Shown piece after piece: positions 49,530-59,007 of a stretch of DNA of 64,000 nucleotides (the stretch's first letter is position 1; every line of letters begins with the position of its first letter). A program made the position numbers and the translations under genes. This DNA comes from an uncultured Verrucomicrobiae bacterium (GTDB taxonomy: Bacteria; Chlamydiota; Chlamydiia; Chlamydiales; Rhabdochlamydiaceae), in contig CAWFUG010000009.1 of assembly GCA_963818965.1 (NCBI GenBank), positions 442,075-506,074 of the forward strand, given 5' to 3'. Under the pieces are notes generated by a model that ran no database searches, was not told where the DNA came from, and saw nothing but the letters and a program-made list of their open reading frames with translations.

Positions 49530-49900
49530 TGGAGGTGGAGAGAATCGAACTCTCGTCCTTGGCAAAATCCCTATCGATGACTACATGCTTATCGCCTTCA
49601 GATTTGAAGTAGATTCTGTGGAAGGCGCCACACATTGAATCTACCTAAAACTTCTATTAGTCTCGAACCGCTTACCTTAGAAGTAGCAGGTAAGAGGCCC
49701 ATACCAGGGTTAATGACAATAGATCTAGCGCTCCTGATCAGGCACTAGGCTATCGGGCTACCAAAAACTGTTAGGTTCTAAGCGGCCTGCAATTCCAAAG
49801 AATTGTCGTTTATTTTGTTTGCCGGATGATTTAGGAGGCCAACCGACGTCCTCCGCATGCCACTGATACTTCATTCCCAAGTCGAAACCAGTACACCCCC
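49530..49900 (-). ncRNA. ssrA: tmRNA
   Basis: 5' GGGGGTGTACTGGTTTCGAC; 3' GAGAGTTCGATTCTCTCCACCTCCA; tag ORF 49807-49778 reads DNSLELQAA*. Confidence 0.96.
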
Positions 49901-50166
49901 GAGCTTATTGTAACATAGAAGACATTATTTTGTGATAGTTGAGGGATATTGTAAAGGGGAAAGGCGGTGGGGTTTTTAAGTCTTTAATTTTAAGTCGGTT
50001 AATGGTGTGTAGCTTTGAGTGGGCCGTTGGGCGTTAAAGGGGTGATCTATTTTGGTTTGAGCCGATAATCGATCATCATGGGGGGACGATGTGATGGATT
50101 GCAGTTCGGGAAAATGAATAAGGCCTATGGTGGAACATGCTTATTTTAAGTTTGTTGGGAGATTAG

Positions 50167-50219
50167 ATCGGTGTTTGAAAAGAAAACGGTGTTCGGAAAA
50201 TCGAACGGTGTTCTATAAT
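50167..50219 (+). promoter_or_regulatory. Promoter with repeated candidate TetR operators
   Basis: AACGGTGTTC at 50185 and 50204, ATCGGTGTTT at 50167; TATAAT at 50214-50219. Confidence 0.6.
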
Positions 50220-50243
50220 GGGTTTATCGTATAAGGAGCTGGG

Positions 50244-50840
50244 ATGGGTTGCAGAGAGAGGCGGCAGCAGGAAAAGAGGGCGATGAAGCAGCGGATTTTG
50301 GATGCTGCGATGGCGTTACTTTCTCGAAGGGGGCTGTGCGGGTTAACCATGAGGGGCTTGGCGGAGCAAATTGAATATAGCCCCTCGATTGTGTACGAGC
50401 ATTTTGAGAATAAAGAGGTGTTTTGCAGCGAGCTCTGCGCATTGATTTGCAAGAGACTCTTGTCAGTTCTAAAAAAAGTGAGCACTGGCAGTAGTCCAGA
50501 CGAATACCTTTTGAATTTGGTACGGGGCAATGTCGAATTTTTAAGGAAAAATCCACAGGGCGTTGAATTGTTGACACTGGTTTGCTTTGGTTCTGATCCA
50601 GAGCGGATCCCCAAAGAGTTTTTAGAAATCGCAGAGCTTTACTCGGATGCTTTAAAGAAGTGTCACTGTAAGCAATTGGATACGGAAAAAGAGTTAGAAG
50701 CAGCGCTCGATGTGATCCGCTCTTTACACGTCGGCATGCTCACTCTTTCCAAGTATCAGACATCTGCGGTAGGTCTTCGAAGAATCGGAGAGAGTTTGGA
50801 AAATGGAATCCGCGCCCTTTTGAAAGGGTGGAAAAATTAA
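50244..50840 (+). CDS. TetR/AcrR family transcriptional regulator
   Basis: ILDAAMALL...LTMRGLAEQIEYSPSIVYEHFENK. Confidence 0.9.
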   Translation: MGCRERRQQEKRAMKQRILDAAMALLSRRGLCGLTMRGLAEQIEYSPSIVYEHFENKEVFCSELCALICKRLLSVLKKVSTGSSPDEYLLNLVRGNVEFLRKNPQGVELLTLVCFGSDPERIPKEFLEIAELYSDALKKCHCKQLDTEKELEAALDVIRSLHVGMLTLSKYQTSAVGLRRIGESLENGIRALLKGWKN

Positions 50841-50864
50841 ACTAAAAACCTTTAAGGAGGAGTT

Positions 50865-51245
50865 ATGGATTGTGGTAATAGTTGTTCCGTTTCATCAACG
50901 GAGTTGAAACAGTCAAAAGAGCTGGGACATATCGATACGAATGGATTAGCGACTTTGATCGCATCTGGCGTTCCTTTCGTGATCCTCGATGCACGTGGCG
51001 GTAAATGGGACGATGGTAAACGGATCGCACATGCGAAGACGTTGCTCTATACTGCAACAGAAGAGGAAGCGCAAAAAGCGATTCCCTCTAAGCAGGCACT
51101 GGTTGTGGTTTATTGTACCAATATTCAATGTCCTGCAAGTAAGGCTCTGGCTGATCGTCTCACTGAATTGGGATATTCCAATATCTTAAAATATGAAGAA
51201 GGGATCCAAGAATGGATCAATTTTGGGCATCCTGTTCAGAATTAA
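50865..51245 (+). CDS. Rhodanese-like domain protein
   Basis: ILDAR, VVVYCTNIQCPAS, LGY...YEEGIQEW; AGGAGG RBS. Confidence 0.88.
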   Translation: MDCGNSCSVSSTELKQSKELGHIDTNGLATLIASGVPFVILDARGGKWDDGKRIAHAKTLLYTATEEEAQKAIPSKQALVVVYCTNIQCPASKALADRLTELGYSNILKYEEGIQEWINFGHPVQN

Positions 51246-51408
51246 TTTAAATTCACCAAAACGCAAGGCTGGAAAATTTTTCCAGCCTTGATCGTTTCTG
51301 TTTTTTTTCTTAAAGTTTTGTAGATGAGTTGGTTGCGGGGTGGTTTGTGTATAAACGGCTCTGTATGTTACCCTTATCTGTTTATTTTTTACCCTTTGAG
51401 AACTACTT

Positions 51409-54400
51409 ATGTTTGAATTTGATGCGAAGGAATCGATCCCCGCGCGCGAGGAGCGCATATTGGCGTTTTGGGAGAGCGAGCAGGTGTTTAAGAAGAGCCT
51501 AGCGGGGAGGAAAGGTTGTCCCTCCTTCTCTTTTTACGATGGGCCTCCATTTGCTACGGGCCTTCCCCATTACGGCCATATTGTGGGAGGGACGATGAAG
51601 GATGCGATTCCGCGTTATAAGACGATGAAGGGGTATTTTGTTCCGCGCCGCTTTGGCTGGGACTGCCATGGACTGCCGGTCGAAAATGAAATTGAGAAGG
51701 CACAGCAATTATCTGGGGCGGTGTCGATCGAGTCATTTGGAATTGGGCGGTTCAATGAAGAGTGCCGTTCAATCGTATTGCGCTACACGGAGGAGTGGAA
51801 GCAGACGGTGAATCGGATGGGGCGATGGGTCCTGTTCGATGAGACCTATCGGACAATGGATCTCTCCTTCATGGAATCAGTCTGGTGGGTGTTTTCAGAG
51901 CTCTATAAGAAGGGGTTGGTCTATGAGGGGTTTAAGGTCATGCCTTTTTCGACCCAGCTCGGCACTCCTATTTCGAACTTTGAAGCGAATCTCAACTACC
52001 GGGATGTCGATGACCCTTCTCTTACGGTCGCATTTGAACTCGTTGATGAGCCAAATACTTTTTTCCTCGTGTGGACGACGACGCCATGGACGCTCCCTTC
52101 GAATTTAGCGATTTTGGTGGGTGGCGCAATGGATTACGTGAAGGTGAAGGATAAGGCTTCTTCTCGTCTGTATATTTTGGCAGCGAGCAGACTCTTTCAT
52201 TATTTTAAGGATCCTCAAGAGTATGAAGTAGTCTCTACCTTTAAGGGAGAGACGCTTGCCAAGAGGCGTTATCAGCCCCTTTTTCCCTATTTTGCCGAGC
52301 AAAAGGGGAATGAGGCGTTTCGGGTCATTTTGGAAGAGAATGTGTCGAATGAAGAGGGGACGGGACTCGTGCATGCGGCGCCCGCTTTTGGAGAGCTCGA
52401 TTTCTTTGCCTGCGCTAGAGAGGGGATTGAGCTTGTCTGTCCGATCGATGTCAATGGGAAGTTTACGGCAGAGGTGAAGGATTTTGAAGGGCAGTACGTC
52501 AAGGATGCGGATAAAGAGATCATCCGCAAGCTTAAAGGTGAGGGGAAGGTATTTCAGCACACGCAGATCCGCCACCGCTACCCTTATTGTTGGCGCTCCG
52601 ATACTCCTTTGATCTACAAGGCTGTCAGCACGTGGTTTGTCGCAGTCGAGAAGGTGAAAGAGGCGATGCTGGCTAACAATGCAAAGATCCACTGGGTTCC
52701 TGAGCACATCAAAGAGGGGCGTTTTGGCAAATGGCTGGAAAATGCGAGAGATTGGGCGATTTCGCGCAATCGCTATTGGGGAACGCCGATCCCTCTGTGG
52801 AGAAGTGAGGAGGGGGATATCCTCGTCATTTCGAGTGTGAAGGAGCTGGAGGAGAAGACGGGGCAGAAGATCGAGGATTTGCACCGGCATTTCATCGACC
52901 CTCTGACGTTCAGCCACGAAGGGAAACTTTTTACGAGAATCACAGAGGTATTCGACTGTTGGTTTGAATCGGGCTCGATGCCTTATGCTCAGGATCACTA
53001 TCCTTTTGAAAATCGGGAGACGATGGAGCAGCGGTTTCCCGCTGATTTTATTGCAGAAGGATTGGATCAGACGCGCGGATGGTTTTACACATTGCATGTG
53101 CTCAGTTCTGCACTCTTCGATAAACCGGCATTTAAAAATGTGATCGTGAATGGGATCATTCTGGCAGAAGATGGGAATAAGATGTCAAAGCGGCTCAAGA
53201 ACTATCCTGAGCCGGGGATCGTCTTCGATCGGTACGGAGCGGACGCGGTGCGCCTGTATTTGCTCGGCAGTCCTGCCGTCTATGCGGAGGACTTGCGGTT
53301 TGCAGAACGGGGCGTAGAGCTCGTTCTAAGGCAGGTTTTAATCCCTTTTTGGAACTCTTTTGTCTTTCTTTCGACTTATGCGACGATCTACGACTGGGTT
53401 CCAGAAAAATTGGGTGCGCCTCGGGCGGAAATCGATCGATGGATCTTATCGCTCTCTCAAAAGTTGGTCCAAGAGGTCACAGAGGCGATGGATCAGTATG
53501 AACTCAACCGCGCTGTCGAGCCTTTTGTCGCCTTCATCGACCAACTGACGAATTGGTACATCCGACGCAACCGTTCCCGTTTTTGGTCGGAAGAGGCGAC
53601 AGAGGATCGGGATGAGGCTTTTGGAACGCTTTATGCTGTGCTCGTCTTGTTAACCAAGGTCTCTGCGCCTTTTATTCCGTTTATGAGCGATGCGATCTAT
53701 GGGCATTTGAGGAAGGAGAAGGATCCTATTTCTGTGCATTTATGCGATTTTCCCGTTTATCGACAAGAGTTGAGGGATGAGGTGCTGGAAAAAGAGATGG
53801 GGTTTGCACAAGAGGTAGTCAGCTTGGGGCATGGGCTCCGCAAGGAGCACAAACTCAAAGTGAGACAGCCGCTCGCCAAGGCATTTGTGATTTCTGCCAA
53901 TGAGGAGATGTTAGGTGCCCTGGAAAAGAAGGGACATCTGATCGCAGAAGAATTGAATGTGAAGGAAGTCGTCTTTGAGGCGAACGAAGAGGAATTTGTC
54001 CGCTTGATCGCAAAACCGAATTTCCGGGTCTTAGGCAAAAAAGTCGGCAAGAAAATGCAGGCGGCGCAAGAAGCCATTGCAAAACTGTCGCAGAAGAACT
54101 TGAGTGCTTTGCTGCGCGGTGAGGCGATTGTTTTAGAAGTGGAAGGGGAGGAGATCTCTTTGACCCCTGAAGATATCAGTGTCGAGAGAAAGGTCAAGGA
54201 AGGGCTCGTCGCTGCGACCGCACATGAGATGACAATTGCTCTGGATACTGCGTTAAACGAGGCGTTGGTGCAGGAGGCGCTCGCGCGCGAGCTCGTCAAT
54301 AAGGTCAATACGATGCGGCGCGAGATGGGCTTTTTGGTGATCGATCGGGTTGTGATTGAGATGGAGACGTCAGATCGGGTGAAGGAGGCGTTTGAAGCGC

Positions 54401-54528
54401 ATAGAAGTTATATTATGCACGAGGTGCTTGCAACACAGGTGAACTTCAGCTGTAGTGAAGGGACGGAGTGGGATCTCAATGGCGAGCCGTGTAAACTCGC
54501 CCTGAGTTTGAGTGTGCAGCAGCCTTAA
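51409..54528 (+). CDS. ileS: Isoleucine--tRNA ligase (type 2)
   Basis: DGPPFATGLPHYGH, GWDCHGLP, WTTTPWTLPSN, EGLDQTRGWF, KMSKR. Confidence 0.98.
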   Translation: MFEFDAKESIPAREERILAFWESEQVFKKSLAGRKGCPSFSFYDGPPFATGLPHYGHIVGGTMKDAIPRYKTMKGYFVPRRFGWDCHGLPVENEIEKAQQLSGAVSIESFGIGRFNEECRSIVLRYTEEWKQTVNRMGRWVLFDETYRTMDLSFMESVWWVFSELYKKGLVYEGFKVMPFSTQLGTPISNFEANLNYRDVDDPSLTVAFELVDEPNTFFLVWTTTPWTLPSNLAILVGGAMDYVKVKDKASSRLYILAASRLFHYFKDPQEYEVVSTFKGETLAKRRYQPLFPYFAEQKGNEAFRVILEENVSNEEGTGLVHAAPAFGELDFFACAREGIELVCPIDVNGKFTAEVKDFEGQYVKDADKEIIRKLKGEGKVFQHTQIRHRYPYCWRSDTPLIYKAVSTWFVAVEKVKEAMLANNAKIHWVPEHIKEGRFGKWLENARDWAISRNRYWGTPIPLWRSEEGDILVISSVKELEEKTGQKIEDLHRHFIDPLTFSHEGKLFTRITEVFDCWFESGSMPYAQDHYPFENRETMEQRFPADFIAEGLDQTRGWFYTLHVLSSALFDKPAFKNVIVNGIILAEDGNKMSKRLKNYPEPGIVFDRYGADAVRLYLLGSPAVYAEDLRFAERGVELVLRQVLIPFWNSFVFLSTYATIYDWVPEKLGAPRAEIDRWILSLSQKLVQEVTEAMDQYELNRAVEPFVAFIDQLTNWYIRRNRSRFWSEEATEDRDEAFGTLYAVLVLLTKVSAPFIPFMSDAIYGHLRKEKDPISVHLCDFPVYRQELRDEVLEKEMGFAQEVVSLGHGLRKEHKLKVRQPLAKAFVISANEEMLGALEKKGHLIAEELNVKEVVFEANEEEFVRLIAKPNFRVLGKKVGKKMQAAQEAIAKLSQKNLSALLRGEAIVLEVEGEEISLTPEDISVERKVKEGLVAATAHEMTIALDTALNEALVQEALARELVNKVNTMRREMGFLVIDRVVIEMETSDRVKEAFEAHRSYIMHEVLATQVNFSCSEGTEWDLNGEPCKLALSLSVQQP

Positions 54529-54534
54529 CCCTTT

Positions 54535-55473
54535 CTAAGGGGTGTCTTTCGGGGCAGGTTGTTGAGCAGGCGGTGGTGTTGCGAGCTTATATCTTGGGTG
54601 TGTGCCGTTTATGACAGTTGTGACATGATCCCAAAGGGAATCGTCCATGGGTATGTTGTTGCCGTAAGCACTAAAATAACTTTGCACGGAGGTTGTCAAG
54701 GGGCTCATAAAATCGCAAAAATGATCCCAAGGGCAATCGTCACGATTGGCAAGATCGATACGTCTTGGTGTACTATACCATCTCGAACATGCTACGTTGT
54801 CTGGAAAAAAAGTGACGACACTGGTTGAAGGAGATCCTTCCTGGTTATCTGCTTTAGAATCATGGACCAATATGCTAAAAAATAGTTCGTACTCCTGAGT
54901 GAGTCCCATTCCAATTGACTGTGTTTTCCCAGCAAATATTTCTGGTCCCAGAGGAGGGGGATTCACACCAGGTCTTTCGATATCGAATATGGGATATTGA
55001 GAAAGCACCTCATAGTAATCAGTCGGACGATGATTATAGAAGCCAGCAGGGTAGTGCCTATCAAAATCAACTCTCGTAAAGATACTGACTATCGGGTGGA
55101 GTGAGAATGCGTAAGGCTGAGCAGAAGTGCTGAGAGCTTCATGCATGATGTCGTTGGGGAGTAATATGGCGACATAGATACCTTTACGTGTATGGCTCTC
55201 TTTTAAGGTGCTCAGTGGCTCTTTACAGCTTTCAGAAAACACTCTGCATGTGAAAGCTATATTTGAAATCTGTCTTCCCAAGACGCGGAGTTCTTTTCTG
55301 TCTTGCTGTAATTCTTCTGAACTCTTTAGGGTCAGATTCCCTGTTGTTGGATCCTCTGTTAAGTTTAGATCCTCTGAAGTGAGCATAGTAATAGACTCAG
55401 AGGACGGTATGGCAGCGTTCAGGCATAGAACGCGCATTTCCGCTGGAAATTGGGTAGAATCTACAAAGTTCAT
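54535..55473 (-). CDS. Hypothetical protein, effector-like (weak F-box-like N-terminus)
   Basis: 312-aa ORF behind a very AT-rich leader; FPAEMRVLCL...IAFTCRVF. Confidence 0.6.
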   Translation of the reverse strand: MNFVDSTQFPAEMRVLCLNAAIPSSESITMLTSEDLNLTEDPTTGNLTLKSSEELQQDRKELRVLGRQISNIAFTCRVFSESCKEPLSTLKESHTRKGIYVAILLPNDIMHEALSTSAQPYAFSLHPIVSIFTRVDFDRHYPAGFYNHRPTDYYEVLSQYPIFDIERPGVNPPPLGPEIFAGKTQSIGMGLTQEYELFFSILVHDSKADNQEGSPSTSVVTFFPDNVACSRWYSTPRRIDLANRDDCPWDHFCDFMSPLTTSVQSYFSAYGNNIPMDDSLWDHVTTVINGTHPRYKLATPPPAQQPAPKDTP

Positions 55474-55774
55474 AATAATTTTAACCTTTTTAATATTTGT
55501 TTGTTTGTATATATGTAATTATATATAAAATAATATTTAAATAAAATAAAAAACTTCAATTCAATTTAACTTTGTTGTGCGACTTGCGCTAAGCACTTGA
55601 TAATCAGACTGTTGCAATGGGAGAGGTTTTTTGTAACTTGTTTAAAATCAAGCATTTAACGAAATTCGGGCGACGCGCCATTTGTAACCTGCGCTATGCC
55701 TAACCCGCTTAACCTTATCCGCTTAGATTTTCAAAGCGTATTGAGGGGCAACGGCAAGCGGTGGCGCTTGTTCA

Positions 55775-55843
55775 TTCCTCTCTCTGTGGTGATACTTTTT
55801 TTTACCACAGAGAGAAGAATTATCCTGAAAATCTCTCTGTGGT
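55775..55843. repeat. Family A palindromic repeat
   Basis: CTCTCTGTGGT...ACCACAGAGAG...CTCTCTGTGGT right after the lepB stop codon. Confidence 0.8.
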
Positions 55844-57757
55844 CTAGAGCTCTTCGATTGAGAGGGGCAAGCGATTGCGTCTTGCTCGGTAGCATAAGCC
55901 CAATACGATGCAGATGCCTGCGAGGGTCCAAATGACTATCCTGGGAAGGTTGAGGAATGGATAGCCTGGCTGTAGGGGATGTCCAAAGCGCGGTCCTGGA
56001 GGCCAAAAGATGAAGTCGGGGCCGCCGCGGAGGTTGTTTTGGGGGATGAACCCGAAGTCTCTACTATCAGAGCTCATCGCGTAGTTATCGCCGAGTCCTA
56101 AGTACATATCTTGTGGGATCACAAGCCCAGCGCTTCGGATGAGATCTCTATCGAGCGTTCCATCTTCTTTTAGAGGGGGGCCTAGATCTTCAAATGGCTG
56201 ATAGGGGTGTTGCGAAGGGGAAGCGGCTTTTCTCTCTCCCTCTTTTTCCAAAAAGGAGAGGAGCGTCGGGTCTTCCTTTTGTAAGATCGGTGCACCCATG
56301 ACATAGAGGTCACCAGAGCGGAAATAGGCGTAGCGCGCGGGAAAGAGGCGTTGGCCTTTGACTTGTGGAGAAAATCGGGTATCCCATTCGATTCCTAGGT
56401 TGAAGAGGAGTTGCACGGTTGCGGGCTCGAATCGATAGAGGGGATGATCTTCGGGGAGGGTTTTCGTGACTCCTTGCCAGAGGATCTGTTGCGCTTTGCC
56501 GTCGTAAAATTCATAAGTGCCGTCAGGGACATCGGTGAGTCTCGGTGCGAAGATGTTTTTAATCGCTGTCTTTGGATCGGCGCCATAGCGGAAGGCGATT
56601 CCATTTCTGACTTCGAAGCGGGCGGTATAGAGATTTTGGAAAAGGGTTCTGAGATGAGACTCTTGAAGGGGAATGAGTGAGGTGGAAAGGCCAAACGCGG
56701 GTCGGAGCCGCCCGTATTCATCGCGGATGAGTCGAACGGATGTGAGTGTCGGGTGGTGGTGAATTTCCAAATAGAGAAGGCCGTCTCCTAGAGACGCGGG
56801 GTCTTGATCGGTGAAGGATTTGACTTGATCTTTCTTGAGGAGTCGAACCATGGCGTAGTTTTTAATTCCCCATAGATCTCCGTAATCTGCGACCTGAGGT
56901 GTTTGCGGGGTGCGGATCTGGGCAGGGACGATCATCTCTCCTACGGCTTGGGTGCTTCCCTGCATCGAGAGCTTTACCACGGGTTCATTCATCTGATAGA
57001 CGAAGGCAGGGGAGTAGACGCCGTTTGTCGGTGCCGGAGGGAGGACGAGTTTGCGGTCGAAGTCGATAAAAGGGATGTGGTCGATTTTGTTTAAGATCTC
57101 TGGTTGAAGTTCCGACGTGATATCGTTCCCTTCTGCATCGATCCCGTAAATCAATCCTCCGTAAAAGTAGAGGGTATCTTGGGGTTTACCGATCAGGCGT
57201 TTGACGTACTGTTTTTTCCCGGGGAAGAGGTAGAAATAGAGGGTATCGACATCCCGGATGTCCATATTTTCCCCCGTGAAGATGATGATGTTGTTGCGCT
57301 GCACGAGGTTGGGATCGAAGTAAAAGGTATCGGGGACGAGTGGGATGTTGATCCCGAAGTCGGTCTTGGAGACGGCGAGGCGATCCTGTTCTTTGAAGGT
57401 CGGGCGCATCGAACCGGAGGGGATTTCGTAAAACTCAAACCACATCTGTCGGATCAAAACAGCGACGATTAAGGCAAAGCTGAGCGCAAAAATGAGCTCT
57501 TTGAGTTGATCCCAGCCTGTTTTTCTGAGGTGAATCAAACAGAGCGATTCGATGTGTTTGGCGAAAGTCGTTGCTTGAGATCTATCTTTTTTTAGGATCG
57601 CTTCTTGTAGAGGGAGGAGGGCTTCTTTGAGGGCTCTAAGAGCATCGGAAGAGAGGCGCTTCTTTTTTTTGAGAATGAGGTGGAAGGCGTGGCGTAAAAT
57701 CCGCTTGGATTTTTTTAAGCTGTATTCTTTAGAAAATAACATATGAGTCCTCTGCAA
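55844..57757 (-). CDS. lepB: Signal peptidase I (long chlamydial type)
   Basis: IPSGSMRPT, YVKRLIG, LGDNYAMSSDSRDFG. Confidence 0.95.
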   Translation of the reverse strand: MQRTHMLFSKEYSLKKSKRILRHAFHLILKKKKRLSSDALRALKEALLPLQEAILKKDRSQATTFAKHIESLCLIHLRKTGWDQLKELIFALSFALIVAVLIRQMWFEFYEIPSGSMRPTFKEQDRLAVSKTDFGINIPLVPDTFYFDPNLVQRNNIIIFTGENMDIRDVDTLYFYLFPGKKQYVKRLIGKPQDTLYFYGGLIYGIDAEGNDITSELQPEILNKIDHIPFIDFDRKLVLPPAPTNGVYSPAFVYQMNEPVVKLSMQGSTQAVGEMIVPAQIRTPQTPQVADYGDLWGIKNYAMVRLLKKDQVKSFTDQDPASLGDGLLYLEIHHHPTLTSVRLIRDEYGRLRPAFGLSTSLIPLQESHLRTLFQNLYTARFEVRNGIAFRYGADPKTAIKNIFAPRLTDVPDGTYEFYDGKAQQILWQGVTKTLPEDHPLYRFEPATVQLLFNLGIEWDTRFSPQVKGQRLFPARYAYFRSGDLYVMGAPILQKEDPTLLSFLEKEGERKAASPSQHPYQPFEDLGPPLKEDGTLDRDLIRSAGLVIPQDMYLGLGDNYAMSSDSRDFGFIPQNNLRGGPDFIFWPPGPRFGHPLQPGYPFLNLPRIVIWTLAGICIVLGLCYRARRNRLPLSIEEL

Positions 57758-57766
57758 GAGGACACT

Positions 57767-58378
57767 TTATCGAATCTTGAAAATGCGAGCAAGCTTTTGC
57801 GCTAGAGAGGGGGATATTTTTTTTTCCAATAAAGAGACGCTGGGATGAAGCGGGTCGACCTGGAAGGCGAGTTGGTAATACCCTTCTGCTTTTTCGTATT
57901 GTTTCTGTTCAGCAAAATAAAAGCCCATGACGACCATGAACCCCCTGAATTCTGCGTAGTGGTAGGTTTCCCGTTCAGGGTAGAGGGTGTTGAGGTCGGT
58001 GTGCTGGTCGAACACTTCGAGAACCTTTGCGACTTGTTTTGTGCGCAGGAGTTGGTCAGCGTAGTTGATTTTTGCGACGAGGGAGTCGGGGAAATCGCGG
58101 TAGGCTTTTTCGATGAGGGCCTCTGCTTGTTTTTTCTCTTTGCGTTGGAGGTGGGCAAAAGTGAGGAGGTTGACGAGGGCGAAGACCTGAGGGAATTTTT
58201 GATCGAGTATTACGAGCTCCTGGAAGTAGGCTTTTGGATCTTGATGAATTTTTTGAAGAGTATCCCACTCTTCCCGAGGAAGACCGGGAATATTCTCTTT
58301 TTCAAAAGAGATCGTATATCCTTTCCCGTAAAGGGAAAGAGGGGGGATATGAAAATTATTTTTCTTCAGAGAGGACAT
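57767..58378 (-). CDS. TPR-like hypothetical protein
   Basis: AKINYADQLL; MGFYFAEQKQYEKAEGYYQLAFQVDP. Confidence 0.65.
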   Translation of the reverse strand: MSSLKKNNFHIPPLSLYGKGYTISFEKENIPGLPREEWDTLQKIHQDPKAYFQELVILDQKFPQVFALVNLLTFAHLQRKEKKQAEALIEKAYRDFPDSLVAKINYADQLLRTKQVAKVLEVFDQHTDLNTLYPERETYHYAEFRGFMVVMGFYFAEQKQYEKAEGYYQLAFQVDPLHPSVSLLEKKISPSLAQKLARIFKIR

Positions 58379-59003
58379 TTACCTTATCTGTATCGATGCT
58401 GTAATAACCTCCTTTAATCTGGACCTGTTTTTTAGCAACAGCATCTGCAATAATGGAAGAGGCTTTCAGGTTTGCGATTCCCTGGCGTACGTTGCATTCT
58501 GTGGCACTCTTCAACCGGTTTGGTCCCTGATGGTCTAACGTGCAGGTTTTAAGCGCTTGGTCGATAATGGGGTAGATCGCATTGAGCTCTGCCAGGTGCT
58601 CTTTTCCTTTTAGCGTCGCCTCGACGGCCTTACAGTCTTGGTGGCCGAGGACGAAGATGAGAGGCACATGGAGGTTCTTGACGGCAAATTCTACACTATT
58701 GCGCTCTATTGGTCCAATGACATTTCCCGCGACACGCACGACGAAGAGGTCTCCGAGCCCCTGGTCGAAGATCACCTCAGGCGGGACCCGCGCGTCGGAG
58801 CAGCAGACCACGATCGCGAAGGGGAGCATTCCATTGCGCTTGGCATCTTTCGCTTCTGCTTGCAAAGAAGGGTGTGAATAATTTCCTTTAATGTAGCGTT
58901 CATGTCCTTGCATCAATTGGGATAAAGCAGATTCGGGTGTCTGTTCTTGAGCAGACAGAAAAATGGGGATTAAGCCTAAAAAAAGGGGGAGGAAAAATTT
59001 CAT
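58356..59003 (-). CDS. Beta-class carbonic anhydrase with signal peptide
   Basis: CSDARVPPE, GDLFVVRVAGN, LGHQDC. Confidence 0.92.
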   Translation of the reverse strand: MKFFLPLFLGLIPIFLSAQEQTPESALSQLMQGHERYIKGNYSHPSLQAEAKDAKRNGMLPFAIVVCCSDARVPPEVIFDQGLGDLFVVRVAGNVIGPIERNSVEFAVKNLHVPLIFVLGHQDCKAVEATLKGKEHLAELNAIYPIIDQALKTCTLDHQGPNRLKSATECNVRQGIANLKASSIIADAVAKKQVQIKGGYYSIDTDKVNVLSEEK

Positions 59004-59007
59004 TTTT

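Larger units (their letters stand above)
47241..49550. mobile_element. Integrase-less genomic islet at the tmRNA 3' end
   Basis: 22-bp direct repeat TTGGAGGTGGAGAGAATCGAAC at 47241-47262 and 49529-49550; cargo is Fic plus a RhuM fragment. Confidence 0.88.

Noticed and set aside
51246..51408. T-box or riboswitch upstream of ileS
   Set aside because: Only a terminator-like hairpin (AAGGCTGGAAAA/TTTTCCAGCCTT) is visible; no T-box motif
52105..53097. 330-aa ORF antisense to ileS, and similar shadow ORFs over pyrG, lepB and rtcB
   Set aside because: They lie wholly opposite well-conserved genes, have no motifs, and are explained by codon bias
55560..55760. dif site
   Set aside because: No convincing XerC/XerD consensus arms
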